Assembly: GCA_002104905.1 (NCBI GenBank)
Contig: MCFE01000473.1
Location: 5,058 to 69,057 of the forward strand
DNA from: Basidiobolus meristosporus CBS 931.73
Lineage: Eukaryota > Fungi > Basidiobolomycota
DNA: 64,000 bases
Direction: 5' to 3'
The notes beneath the pieces are model-generated. The model saw only the letters and a program-made list of their open reading frames with translations. It made no database searches and was not told where the DNA came from. The position numbers were made by a program, and so were the translations under genes. This document shows, one piece after another, positions 35,049-48,894 of this stretch; position 1 is the stretch's first letter; each line of letters starts with the position of its first letter.

Positions 35049-38000
35049 TGTCAAGTTAGTATATTCTTAAAAGGGATGATGATTGATTGTTGAGGGATAG
35101 TCTCCCTTATATACTTTTCTTACTGGCTAAGTGATTACTAATCATGGTGTTCCAGAAGGTTCTTGATATCAATAGAAATCTTAATGTCATCATAATGACC
35201 TAAGAATGTTCTAAGTAGGTGCTGGAAGGTTCTAAGAGCCACAGTACATCCAACCAATCAGGAATCAGTACTATGAGACCTGTGTAACATAGGGATACCA
35301 CATATGGTATGGAAATGCTTGGGACAGTGGCACAGGTTGATCATGTGTCACAGGTACTGGTGTGGGTACTTGCCTAATATAGAAGCACTTACTGCTAGTA
35401 ATTGTACACAAAGTGGGGGATAACTTATGCAATAGGGTAAGCAGGTGTGATAGTCAACTGGCTTATGGTATAGTACTGATCTGGTAAGACAAATGGGATA
35501 AAACTAAAATAAGGGTAGTAGAGAAATAGGAAGTAGAAAATATAGGAACAAGCACATCTGTCAGTGGGTGTCACTCTCACCCCCCTACATCCACCCCCCT
35601 CTCAGCTCTGAGCTTGGGTCAAAGCAAACTAATCCTGATATTCAAAGTTCCTATGATTGAATAACTTAAGTCAGTTTCCTGAAACTGGTGCTCTCAACTG
35701 GGTGTTGTCAAGCTCAGATATTTCCAATCACTTTGGAAATGAGGTAGGGGCCAGTCCATTTGTTGTCATACTTCCTACTCCATTGTTTGTCCAAGGTGGA
35801 AGTATAGAGTAATACTGGAACTCCTAGTGATAGCGGTTTTGGTCTTGTTGAGTGTGATTTGTCAAAGGGCACTTTGTTCTTTACTTGTGTATCCTTAAGT
35901 TGTTCAGCAGCTCTGTAAATATTCAAGTCATGGTGGTCAGGTTGCTGTATTCAAGTTGCAAGGAAATCTTCAGTCTGCATATTGGATATCCAATTCAATG
36001 AGTTCCAAGTGACTGTGTTTAACTCAACTGATAGTATGCAATCATGTCCATAGAGTAGCTTGAGTGGCAATAATCCAGTTGTTCTCATGGAAGTAATTTT
36101 ATCTGCCAAGAGTTCAAGATGTATTGTGTTGTATTATTATTAGTTTGGGGCTTGTTCTACAATGTAGAGGCTAATCAAAAATATACAACAACTTTCAGTA
36201 TGCTAATACTGAAATAGTTTATTGGGAGTTTGATATACCAATAGAAGATATAACTTTCACTAATATCCTCAATCTTAGGCTCAAAATATACTATAGGCAG
36301 TGTTTCTCACTTCTACAACAGTGTTCTGACCTTGTGTTGACTAATGAGCTTATTTACACTTATAGTAACTTTTTCTCATATAGAAGTCACTTTCCTTTCT
36401 GACAAAATATTTCCTAATATGAAAACTCTGAACTCCCCTTTAACCTAAAGGGGTGTGTTGCAGAAGTCTCTAAAGGGGTGTCCCTAGAGTAAAGGGGCTT
36501 CTTAGAGGGGACTTTTCCAACAGAAAAGTGGTAGTTTCTTGTAGAACTCAGATTGAATTTTTGTGAGCTTTGAAGTCTCTTAACTGATGTAGTAACAATC
36601 AAAGTCAGAATACTCAACAGTGCAAGTAATGCAGGGGAAGTCTTATAACCTTTAAACTTGTAATTGTAGTGTGGAGATTCTGGAAAGAGAAGCTCTCCTT
36701 CATTTTTCAGCTGTGGAAGTCATATATATGATATTTCTGAAGGATCAAAGTTTTTGGGCAATTGCGCTAGCAATACACGTGATAGAAAGCTTAAACTTTG
36801 CAGTAGTGGAGATCAGTTGTAAGCACAGCACCTGTAAGAATATCATGTGATATGATTGGCTGCTTCAAAATCTACACACAATCAGAGTTACCATAGTAAT
36901 CCTAGCAATAGTGGCCTTGCATATATAATAATTGGACTCTTTTGGTCATTACTCCTTAAGTACTGCTTCAAATGAGCTGTGATATGAAGCATGTGTTGGC
37001 TACTGTGTGCTCTGTATGACATAATATTCTTGGGTGGATTGCTTGTCAGGGTCTGGAGTATTTGTCCTTCAAAGTTGGAATTTCTTGATCTTTCACTTGT
37101 GTGCTACAATAGCAAAAAGCAAAACAAAAAATGAGTGCAATATTGGTTTTGAGATATTGTAGTAATGGAAAGTAATCCATTACTACAGATGTAATTGCTG
37201 TGGCCACAATGTTGTGTTATTCTCACAGGTCTTGACAAGCAAGTTCAACAATGGTCCATGTCTGCTCTCTATCATTCCATTGGCTTGAGGGTGGTAAGCT
37301 GTGGTAAAAGCAATGCATATCTTGTACTTTGAGCACAACTCCTGGATCATTTGGGATGTCATCCCTCCTCTGTCAGCAACAAACTGTAGGATGCAGTCAA
37401 ATCTGCAGATAATGTCTTCAAGTATAAATATCCATATGGTATGACTCTTGTTGTTGGGTAAGGCTTGAGCTTCTGCCCATCCACTAAGATCATATCTGGC
37501 AACAATAGGTACATTTTTGATCCAGCTGTTGGCAAGTGTACAAGGTTGATACCAACCTTTTGCCATAGACAGATTGTGTAAATAGGATGCAGTGGTTCTT
37601 CATAATGCTTGGAGGATCCCTTCTGGCAGGCTATACATGACTCAACAAAGTGTTGGATATCATAGTACATGTTTTCCCAGTAGTACCTCTGAGCTGTGGT
37701 ATTGTAGGTAGCTTCTTGTCCTCTATGCCCTCCTGGTTCTCCTTGGTGGATACTTGTCATGATGATCAGTTGCTCTTGTGAGGTAGTGACTAATCTTCTT
37801 GGCATAAGTCTAGGCTTCACCTGTTTAAAGAGAAGATCATCTTTGAGATAGCAGTGGGGTGCTTTCTTTCTGAATTTTCTAAACTCCTGAATTTCCATCC
37901 AACTAGGTTTCTTGAGTGTCCTTAGATATTCCTTGATCAGACTCCAGGTTGTTCTCTCTTGGTCTTTGATGGCAATCTGTTGGATCTCTGCATCAATCAT

Positions 38001-40326
38001 ATCATCAAAGTTAGGGTCCAAGTCTTCAAATAATTGTGGTCCCTTCCTGGAGAGTGCATCAGCCTCAACATTTGTATTGCCATGGATATGTCTGACCTCA
38101 GAATCAAACATTTTCAGCCATGCCATTCATCAGTTTGTGACATCATCAGGTAGGTCAGGCTTGTCTATCATTCCTATAAGTGGCTTAGCATCTGTCTCCA
38201 GGATGAAATGTGTCATGCAGAGTTGTGACTTCAGCCTCCTCAGCATCTTCACAACTCCTAGTAGCTCTCTCTTAATCTGTGAGTATCTTTGTTCTCTAAG
38301 AGAGGCAGCTCTCATATCTGCAGGCATAGTTGTTGCCATCTTCATCATCTTGGCCAAGTAGTGCTCCAGCTCCTACAGGGCTTGCATCCACTGTCAAAGT
38401 AGATGGACACTCAGTGTTCTGACAGTCAAGAGGTCTTAGAACTGGTGGAGATACTAAGGTTTCTTTGAGTAACTGCATGGGTTCTTCTTGCTCGTCTCCC
38501 TAGATAAATGGAGTATTCTAACTCTGCAGTTGGCAGATTGGTTCTGCTATCTCAGATAATTTTGGGATCCAGATCCTAAAGAACCCACAAGCTGCCACAA
38601 AGCCACAAGCTTGTGTTAGATTTGTGAGGATAGGCCAGTTGCATATTTTTTATGTCTTGGATTCTCCAGGTGAACAACCAAAGGTGTTGCATTCTTGTCC
38701 AACAATGGATATCTCTGATACACAAAAGCTGCTTTTCTCACCACTGATGGTGAGTCCAGCTCCTTCAATGGCTCCTAATATGGCATCATTTTCTGAAATA
38801 TGGTCATAGACAAACTTTCTTACTCCAGGCATAACTTCAGTGGTGTCCTAGAATTTTGGTCCTTTGATGCCTATGTCATCAACAAAGACAGCAAGTTTCT
38901 CAGGTATAAACTGGTACAGCACATTCACCATGCATCTCTGGAGCTGAGCCACAGAATTTGTAGCGCCTTGGCTGAGTCTTGTCATCCTTGACAGTCCAAA
39001 TTATGTTTGGAGTGCAAACATATCTATTGATGTCTCATCAAGGGGATCTGGTCATATCCTGAGCTGAGATTGTATATTCAGTAGATGGAGTGGCCACTAA
39101 AGCTTTCTGCAAAGTCATCAATAAATGGAGGCATAGAAGCATTTTTGATAGTGACAGCATTTGCAGGTTGCATGTCTTGAATGATTTGGAGCTTTCCATT
39201 CTTCTTTTTGGTCAGAAACCATCTGTCAGCATAAGGTCCATGGCAAGGTTCTAGGATACCAGCTTCTATCTTCTTCTGAGGTATGTCATGCTCATCAGCT
39301 TGGAGTCATCTGGGCAGTGGGTAAGGCTTAAATGACCAGGGTGCATGAGGCACTGTATGAATCTTGATGGGTTTTTTAACCAATGTCTTTAAGAGCCCCA
39401 TCTCCTTGTCATTATATGAGAAAACCTTTTCATGCCTTTTCAGGGTTTCTCCAAATAATAAGATCTCCTCTGGTGTTAGGTTTCCATCACCAATGATAAG
39501 TTGCTTAAGTCTCTCAGGTGTTAGTTATATATCTTCTGGTGGTCTGATGTAATCTGCCGGTTGAGATGCATTAGTCAAAGGTGTAAGTGATGGGCTAATC
39601 TTCTGTTCTACTGTCTTGTACTTTGTTTGCACCATAGCTGTCTGCTCCTGTATATCTAATGAGCAGCTCCAAATGTTGAGGTGTATATTGTCAGGCTACT
39701 CATCTTCTTCTATAACAAGGTGTGTCTTCTGGCAAGCAGTATATGTCCTCTTATTGTGGGGTGTCACACCACAGAAGGTTGATTGTAGTCCTGGGTTGGA
39801 TCCTTGGTTGGTATTCCATACTGACCCATTGGAATACTTGGTAGTTTTAGCCTTAGTACTGGTTTCCCATGGTCTACCTAGCAGAAGGTCAAAGTTTGCC
39901 TTCTGGCAGATGAAGAGGGGAAGCCAGACCTTGATTCCTTGTACCTCAATAAGGTACTTGCGCACTACACCATAGAGTGGACTAGATCCTGAGTTTGCAT
40001 CAGTCATCTTCCATCCAATATCTCTATCAACAGACAGTAGCTCCTTGCTCCTAAGTGTCTTCCAGAAGTCAAGCGGCATAACACAACTCTCTGAACCACT
40101 GTCAATATGGCAGTCAACAGGGTCATCATATATATACCCTTTCACCACAGCAGTTGCAACTGAGTAAAAGGTCTTATGTCTGGTAGTGTTGTCATCCTTT
40201 TGGTGATCTTCATGGTTTGTCTGAATTATATGGGTGGCCATATGTTCAACAGCTTGTTGTCCTGTTCTAAGATGCTCATCAAAGGTCTTCCTAACAGATG
40301 GGGATACACTCATGATTTCTCCAACC
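35049..40326 (-). mobile_element. Ty3/gypsy family G2, 5'-truncated: protease, RT, RNase H, integrase, PPT and probable 3' LTR (35049-35573)
   Basis: CHIDSGSESC protease; RT with VFVDDI; LTVDASP RNase H; GTNVEADALSR-like motif (GNTNVEADALSR); H2C2 GHRG..YYWENMYYDIQHFVESCIACQ; YHPQANGMIE; KWTGPY. Purine tract AGGGGGGTGAGAG precedes TGACA. Confidence 0.88.
36122..37187. mobile_element. 1066-bp solo LTR-like insertion (same family as 29208-30394) inside the G2 integrase
   Basis: TATTGTG...ATTACTACA with 4-bp TSD GATG; removing it rejoins the integrase peptide LWPQQLH-L-ELLADKITSMRTTG. Confidence 0.88.
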
Positions 40327-40334
40327 AACAAAGC

Positions 40335-43300
40335 AACAAAACCAAAGAAAATCTGGTTGCTGTAGCTACTGTAAAAAGCCAGGACACTGGGCAAGAGAAT
40401 GCAAGAAGAAACAAGCAGACAAAAAACAGAAACCAGAGCAGGCAAACCATATAACTACTGATGAACAGTTATTTGTAACCATACAAAAGAGTGCAAGTAA
40501 CCAAAGTAATGAATGGTACATGGACTCTGGAGCATCACAGCATATTTGTGGTATATAGGAGTGGTTCAGCAACTTAAAGACTCTTCCTGTAAGCAAGGCT
40601 TATCTAGGAGATAACTGTGCTCTGGAAGCTACCACCAGTGGGTCTATACAACTAAATATGAGCAATAGGTCAGGGGCAACAATAACAAGACTGACTGATG
40701 TACTCTATGTACCTGGGATAGCTAAGAACCAACTTTCAGTTAATAAAGCAACTGCTCAGGGACTGAAGTTTGCTTTTACTAAGATTAGCTGCGCAATATT
40801 GAGTGAAAATGGACAAATATTAGCTTTGGGAATTAGAGATCACAATATATACAAGTTGCAATGCAAGATCACTGTACCTGAGTATGTCAACATTGCTGAA
40901 ACTGATGAAACCAACTGGGAGAGGTGGCATAGGAGGATAGGACACATTGTGGAACAAAAAATGAGCCAATTGGAGAAAAATCAGCTTGTTTTGGGCCTAA
41001 AATATTCAATTCCAATCAACTGAATGTTTGTATGAGTTGTTTGGATGGCAAACAAGCCAGGCAACATTTCAAGAGCTCAGAAGGCATCAATACCACTAAA
41101 ATATTGGCAATTGTACACTCCAACATATGTGGCCCCATGGGAACACTATCCTTTGGAGCCAAGATATTCTTTATGACTTTTATTGGTGACAAAACAAGAT
41201 ATACATGGGTGTACTCCCTCAAAACAAAGGATGAAGCTTCAGAGACATTAGGCACTTCAAGATTATGGTAGAAGCATAGACAGGGTGTAAATTAAAGGTA
41301 CTACAAAGCAATAATGGAGAAGAATACTACTCAAAGGAGTTTGCAAAATACTGCTCATCTATTGGTACACTTCAACAGACCACAGTTCCTTATACTCTAC
41401 AGCAAAATGGAGTAGCAGAATGTGCAAATAGAGCAATAGTAGAGAGGGGAAGATCTATGCTACATGATAAGGGAATGGACTACAAGGCTTGGGCTAAATC
41501 TGTTGCTACCGTGGTATAAGTCAAAACAGATGCCCAACAACAGCACTGCATGATTCTACACCCTTTGAAGCATATACAGGCAACAAACCTGAACTCCAGT
41601 ACCTCATGATCTCTAGTATTAGTGTTTTTTATCACACCCATGACAAAAAACACTCAAAGTTGGAACAAAAGAGCAGGAAAGGGATATTTTTTGGGTATTG
41701 TGAAGATACTAAAGGCTCTAGAGTGTATGATGGCAAGATTCAGAAGCTGATCAAGAGCAGGGATGTTGTATTTGAGCAGAATTCAGATCAGAAAGCCAAA
41801 GAAATCATTGGCTAGCTGCCTAATGATGCAATCAACACTAGTGAAGAAGATACATACCAAATTCAGCCAGATATGGAAGATACTTCTACAAGTTCCAGAT
41901 CAGCGTAGATTATCCCTGCCAGGAGATCTACCAAAATAAGAAATGCCCCTGGATTCTGGTGGCAGTGATCCAATGATCATGAAGAAGCTTATCTTGCCTT
42001 ATGTGCCAAACCTCAGAATCTAGAAGAGGTGTTACAAGTCTTGGTATAAGAGTTGTAGAGGAATAGTGAGTTTAGCTAGTATTGTATTCACTAAAACTTG
42101 AACTGATCTTTATTGTGGTTCCAGCAGCTCTTCATATACATTTGCCAGATCAATTGCTGACTAATTATATTTCCAAATGCAGGTGGTGGCTGATGACTCA
42201 TTTGATTTCATCATCATCACCCAATAAGATCCTCCTTAATATATCTATTTATGTCTGATGAGGATATGCTGATTCATTTGCTGACTAATGCTACTGATTT
42301 GATAGATAATACTGATATACTGATAACCTAAACATATAACTGATTGATTTGACTAAAAACTGATCTAACTTAAACATTCAAGAGGCAGATCATAACATTC
42401 TCCCCTACTAAAGTTGAGAGGGTTCTCCTGAATCTCTTTTCTTGTGATACCAATATCTTGATTATTCTGTATTATCAGCAAGTCTTGCAAGCTTGAGTCT
42501 ATCTCTATGAACTAAATCTTACCAGATATTCCCCTGTTTATCCCCCAGTTAGTAAATTGCAAATGGACATTCTCTGATGATCTTGAATGGTACTGTCCAT
42601 TGTGGCTCAAACTTCTTCTGAGTGTTGTTTCTTAGCAATACAAAGCTGCCAACTGTCAATGCTTTGGGTGCAGTAGTCTTATCAAATCTCTGCTTTATCT
42701 TTTCTGCACTTTGAGATACTTTGGCCTGTGCCTCTTGTCACATTGTTCCAATTGCTGGTGTCTACTGGGCTGACTGAGTTCATCTTCTAAGGCATCTGTA
42801 CACTTGGGTTGTGTGAGATCTCCTGGAATCCTTGGTTCACATCCATACACTAAGTAAACTGGTGATTGTTGGGTAGTGTTGTGCACTCTAACTCTGCAGG
42901 CAAAAAGTGCTTGATCTATATACTCATCCCATCTACTGACAGCTCCATTTGCATACTTGGTCAGCATTTTTCCAAACAATCCATTAAACCGTTCAGTGAC
43001 TCCATTAGTTCTGGGGTGATATGCTGAGGTTTTCAAGTGTTTAATCTGCTGCATTTCCAGGTAAGCCTCTAATGTCTTTGCCATAAAGTTTGCTCCTCTA
43101 TCAGATAAGATCTCCACAGGGCATCCAAACTTCAGCAGGATCTCATGGTAAATAAAACTTGCAACTTCTTGTTCACTGGCTATTGGTACAGCTTTAGCAA
43201 CTGGTCATTTAGTAGCATGGTCAGTTGCTACTAGGGTCCAACAGTTGCATTTCCTGGTGGTTGGCAGTCTTCCAATTAGGTCAATTCCCCATCTCTCAAA

Positions 43301-46300
43301 TGGCTGTACAGGCTCCAAAGGGAAGAGTTTGGCAATTCTTTGTGGCTGGCCTTGATTGATGTGGCAGTTTGGGCATGTTTTTACTAGCTTCTCAATATCT
43401 TGTTTCATTCTGGGCCACCATGCTCTGGCTTTCACAAGGCTATAGGTTCCTTTAATCCCAAGATGTCCATATCCATTGTGTAACTTATGTACTAAATCCA
43501 GGCAAACAACATAAGGACAATAGGCAATAGGGCTTCCATCAACAATTTGGTAGAGTGTTTCATCCTGTACAACAAATTTGCTGGCTTCATCCTGGATTAA
43601 CTTCTTTATCTCTTCATCCTCCTCATAAGGAATGGCTTGGTCCTCCAAGTATTGTGGTAATAAACTAGGCCAATCTGATTCATGCATCAAGTTGAGTTGT
43701 GCCACTTGTTCTAGTCTTGATAAGGCATCAACAACCGTGTTGTTTTTCCCAGGGCAGTAGACAATCTCCAAGTCAAATTGCTGAATGTATTCACTTCATC
43801 TTGTCATTCTTCCTGACAGAACCTTCTGAGTAAATATATACATCAGTGAGGCATGATCAGTCTTTACAGTGCATTTGACTCCTTCAATATAGCATCTCCA
43901 TGTTTTTAGGCAGTGTATTATAGCAAGCATATCCTTCTCATGCACAGGATAGTTTTGTTCTGCCAAGTTCAGTTTCTTGGGCTCAAAGGCAACTGGGTAG
44001 TCCTTTCCCTTGTGTTCTTGGCTTAGTACTCCACCAATTGCATAATCTGAAGCATCTGTGCACAGGGTAAGCTCTTTTCTGAAGTCAGGTATTCTTAAGC
44101 TTGGCAGCTTTGCAAGTTCATTCTTGAGCGTCTGAAATGCAGTCTCTCAGGCTATGTCCCACTTGTAGGTGTTGTCTTTCTTGAGGATATCAGTTAAAGG
44201 AGCTGCAATGCTTGCAAAGGACTTGACAAATCTCCAATAATAGGATGTCATTCCAAGGAATGATCTGAGTTCTGATATGCTATGGGGCTGCTTCAAATTC
44301 TTGATAACCTCAACCTTCTGAGGGTCTAAGGTCACTCCTGTGCTAGTCCCTATGTGTCCCATATGTTCAATGTGTTCCTTGAAGAATTCACACTTGGCTA
44401 GCTTCCCAAAAAGCTTGTTCTCTCTTAGCTTCTTCAAGACCTTTTCAATGTGTAGCAAGTGATCCTCTTCTGTCTTGCTGTATATCAATATGTTATCTAG
44501 GTAGATTATCACAAGCTTGTCTAAGTATTAGTGGAAGATAGTCTGCATCAGGGTCATGAATGTTGCAGGGGCATTAGTGAGGCCAAAACTCATGACTAAG
44601 TACTTGTAATGTCCATATCTGGTCCCAAATGTTGTTTTAGGGATATCTTCTGGTTTCACCCTAATCTGGTTGTATCCTGAGATGAGGTCAATCTTGCTGA
44701 AAATAGTGGCTATATTAAGTTGGTCCAAAAGCTCATCAATCCAAGGTATGGGGTACTTATTCTCAACAGTAACTGAGTTCAGGGCTCTGTAGTCAATGCA
44801 CATTCTAAGTGTTCCAAGCTTCTTTTTCACAAAAAGCACTGGTGCTCCCCAAGGTGACTTGCTGGGTCTGATGTATCCGTGCTCCAATAGCTGATCAATT
44901 TGTCTCTTCATTTCCTCCAATTCCAATGGAATCATTCTGTAAGGTGTCTTGCTCACTTGAGGGCTATCTCCTGTGTCAATGGCACAATCTACGTCTCTGA
45001 CTGGTGGTAGGCTTACAAGCTCATCTGGAAACACGTCTGAATATTTCTTCAAGAGAGTCGGAACCTGCTGGGGTGCTGGGGTAGAGGAATCCTCCTGTAA
45101 TACCGCCGTGAGGAACATCTCGGTACCTTTTCTAAGTGCTCTACAGAACTGGGTCTTGCTAAGTTCACATATCTCACACATACTGGAATTGACCAAGCTG
45201 AAATCCAGCCTGGCAGGTAATAGCTGATAGGTCTTGTTGTCCTTTTGGATCTGAGTAGCCTGGGTTCTCCAGTTGATTGATGGATTACAACAAAATAGCC
45301 AGGTTTTTCCAAGTACAAGGTCAAACTTGCAGTTCCCAAATATATAAGCCTGTAGGTCATCTTCATAGTCATCAATCCTCATTCTTACTGGCAGGTAATA
45401 CAGTTGATTATGTGAGAGTTCCCATCAGCTGAGGAGACTGAAGTTGATTTGGTAGGTTCCAAGTTGATTCCAGCTTTCAAGGCAAATTGTTCTGACATGT
45501 ATTCATGTGATGCTCCTGAGTCAATCATGATTTTGGCAGATACTCCATTGATTACTTCATTTAAGTACAATAACTTCCCTGAGTTTGAGGTCATTTGAGA
45601 CAAGTACTCTTCTGTCATATGGAAGGTGAGTTCTGTGTCTTCTTCAAGCTCATCCTCCACATTACTGTGTTCATAGGACTCAATATGGTTGAAGGTTCTT
45701 GTTGTCTGGTGTCCATATCTTCTCTGGGGGCAATACTCTGAGATATGTCCTAGCTGGTGGCAATTGAAGCAAAGTCCTTTCTTCCTGCATTCTTCTGAGG
45801 TGGGGTACTTCTGCATAGCATCTATTTCCATTGGTACTGCTTCTGACTGTCTTCTTTCATAAGCATTGTAGCCTTTCAGCTTAGTCACTGTAGGCCTCCC
45901 AGCTCCAAACATAGCTGAGTCATAGTCAAAGGCAATCTTGATGGCTTCTTCAATGGTATGAGGTCTTTGATAGTTCACATCCTTGCAAGTTCTTTCTTTC
46001 AACCCATCAATAAAGTATTCAACTTGATCCGGGGGGGTCCAATCTTTCTATTTGTTCAAGTAGACATCTGTACTTGTAGATGTATTCTTGAACCATTCCT
46101 TTCTGTCTGAGTGTCTTTAACTTCCTTCTTAGTAGTGTCTGCTGGTGTGGAGGCTCAAAAGCATCCTGAATTTCCGACACAAACTCATCCCAGGTATAGA
46201 TTGTAGAGCATCCCATCATGGTGGCTAACCTGATCTTGTTGCGGGACCACTGCAAAGCTGTGTCTGCCAGGTAAGAGGCTGCATAATGTAACTTGCTTTC

Positions 46301-48894
46301 TGATAAAATTCCTTTAGCCTTGAAAGCTTCTTCAATCTGAAAGAGCCACATTCCCAGGTTTTCATTGACTCTGCCATGGTACTGGTTGACCTTCACACTA
46401 AAGTTGCTTTTGACAGGGCTTTGCTGGCTCTGAGCCATGGTAGTCATTCCTTGTTGCTGTTGGCTGAGGATCTGGAGTAACTGTTGCAGTTGGGCTAGTA
46501 TTTGCTGCATGGCATTCTTCCATTCTTGATTGTCTGACATCTTGAGGGTGGTTTCTTCTTTCTTCAGGTGGGAGGTTTCTGGTTATTGCTGCTACCAATG
46601 TTACATGTCTGGGTATAAGAGTTGTAGAGGAATAGGGAGTTTAGCTAGTATTGTATTCACTAAAACTTGAACTGATCTTTATTGTGGTTCCAGCAGCTCC
46701 TTATATACATTTTGCCAGACCAATTGCTGACTGATTGTTTTTCCTAATGCAGGTGGTGGCTGATGACTCATTTGATTGAATCATCACCACCCAATAAGAT
46801 CATGCTTAATATATCTATTTCTGTCTGATAAGGATCTGCTGATTCATTTGCTGACTAATGCCACTGATCTGATAGATAATACTGATATACTGTTAACCTA
46901 AACATATAACAAGTTGATTTGACTAAAAACTGATCTAACTTAAACATTCAAGCAGCAGATCATAACACAGGCAATGCAAGGTCCAGATGCTACTATGTGG
47001 CAACAAGCCATGCAAGAGGAGTTTCAATTACTGATCAAAGCAAAAACATGGGAACTGGTAGATTTACCAGATGGGAGAAAGCCAATAGGAAGTAGATGGG
47101 TCTACAAGAGCAAGATAAACTCATATGGTACCATTGATAAGTACAAGGCTATATTGGTGGCTAAAGGCTATTCCCAAATCATTGGAATAGAGTGCAAGGA
47201 AACATCTGCTCCTGTTGCAAGGTTTGATTCCATTAGGACAATTCTAGCCCTGGCAGCTGTACACAGTCTGGATCTACACCAAGTGGATGTCAAAACAGCC
47301 TTTCTAAATGGGAATATGCAAGAAACTATATATATGGAGCAACCAGAAGGATTTACCAATGCAAAAGACCCCCATAAGGTGTGCAAACTTAGAATATTGC
47401 TGTATGGGCTTAAGCAGGCACCTAGAGCATGGTATAACAATATTGACACATATCTAGAGGAAATTGGGTTCTCTCATAGCACTGCAGATCACAGTATATA
47501 GGTGAAACAGCTCAAAAAGGGTGTGACCAACCTAGTTCTTTATATGGATGACGTAATTATAGCTACAAGTGATCAAGAGGCACTTAAACAGATAAAATCA
47601 AATCTCTTCAGCAAGTCTGAGATGAAAGATTGTGAAGAATTGAGCTATTTTCTTGAAATTGAAGTCAAATTTGAAATACCAGACCAAAGTTTGTGCTGAA
47701 TAAGTTGAAGTACATCAGGGACATTCTTAGACACCACAAAATGTAAATTGCAAGCCTGCAGCTACCCTCATGGACAATAACCTGAAATTAAGCAAATCTT
47801 GGCCAGTTATAGATGAAAATGGCTCAAATATGGACCAAAACTCTGCCTATCAATCAGTGATTGGTAGCCTAATGTGCTTGATGGTGCCTATATGTCCAGA
47901 TGTTGCATTGGCAGTTGGAATAGTTAGTCAATGCATGCAGAATTATGAATTGGATCAAATTGTGGCAGTTGGGCAGATATTCAGATATCTACAAAGTACC
48001 ATAAATATGGTACTGGAATACTCTGATGCAGCTAATCGGCAAAAGTTTGATGTTTATAGTGATTCAGGTTAGGGTAGCAATCTGATTGACAGATACTCTA
48101 CCACAGGATATGTATTTCCTTACACTGGTGCAGCTATTACGTGGAATTACAAGAAACAACCAACAGTTGCCTTATCTACAATGGAAGCTTAATATATGGC
48201 TGCATGTCAAGCAACTAAGGAGGCTATATGGCTGCAAAAATTATTCAAAGACTTAGGTTTTGGTTCAGATGAACTAACATGTATAAACAAGGATAATCCA
48301 GGTTGTGTTTCATTAGCTAGAAATTTTATCAATCATTCCAAAACTAAGTACATTGATATACAGCATCACTTTGTGAGGGAAGCTGTAGAAGATAACTCAG
48401 TAGAGTTAGGTTACTGCCCAACCAACAATATGGTGGCAGATATATTGACAAAACCACTAGCTAGGCTACAATTTGAGAATCTCAGGGAAGAATTAGGATT
48501 AAGAAATTACTTAGTTAAGGGGGAGCATTGAAATATTGGACTATTTGGTATCATTCTACAGCTAAAAGTTTACCTACCAATTCTGGGCTAGTCTTTGTCA
48601 CTGTGGGACAAACTTACAGCTCTAACTTTGCCACTTCCTTTAGATCTATGATCTCATGATTATTAACTCATAGTCAGGATCAAATTAGCACTATTACTAA
48701 ACATTATGTATTAACCCTGAAACTGTTACAGAATGCTCAGAATACTGGGATACCCTCCTACACTTAGCGTTATAGCTGTATTACTTCTACAAAGGTATAA
48801 ATACTGAGCTTCTTTATTAATAAACTATAGTTCAGCTATTATCATTATTTCTTGATAAGTTCCTTACATCCAAATCACTTCTTGAACTGTAACA
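40335..48894 (+). mobile_element. Ty1/copia copy A, 5'-truncated, interrupted by gypsy G1; 3' LTR 48526-48894
   Basis: CSYCKKPGHWAREC knuckle, WYMDSGASQH protease, WHRRIGH pre-integrase, VHSNICGP integrase, RT (DVKTAFLNG, LYGLKQAPRAW, LYMDD), RNase H (KTKYIDIQHHFVRE, DILTKPL), PPT AAGGGGGAG. Confidence 0.93.
42030..46967 (-). mobile_element. Full-length Ty3/gypsy G1 element 1; LTRs 42030-42397 and 46599-46967
   Basis: TG..CA LTRs, PBS TGGTAGCAGC (initiator tRNA-Met type), PPT AGGGGAGAA. Single gag-pol with CFNCHQLGHISEYC, IDSGA, RT, RNase H and integrase; no chromodomain. TSD GAGG/CAGG. Confidence 0.95.

Noticed and set aside
39696-40445. 249-aa ORF with a signal-peptide-like N-terminus fused to an aspartic protease
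   Set aside because: Chimeric artefact: the first ~40 aa are the antisense of copia A gag, joined to gypsy G2 gag/protease at the breakpoint near 40330.
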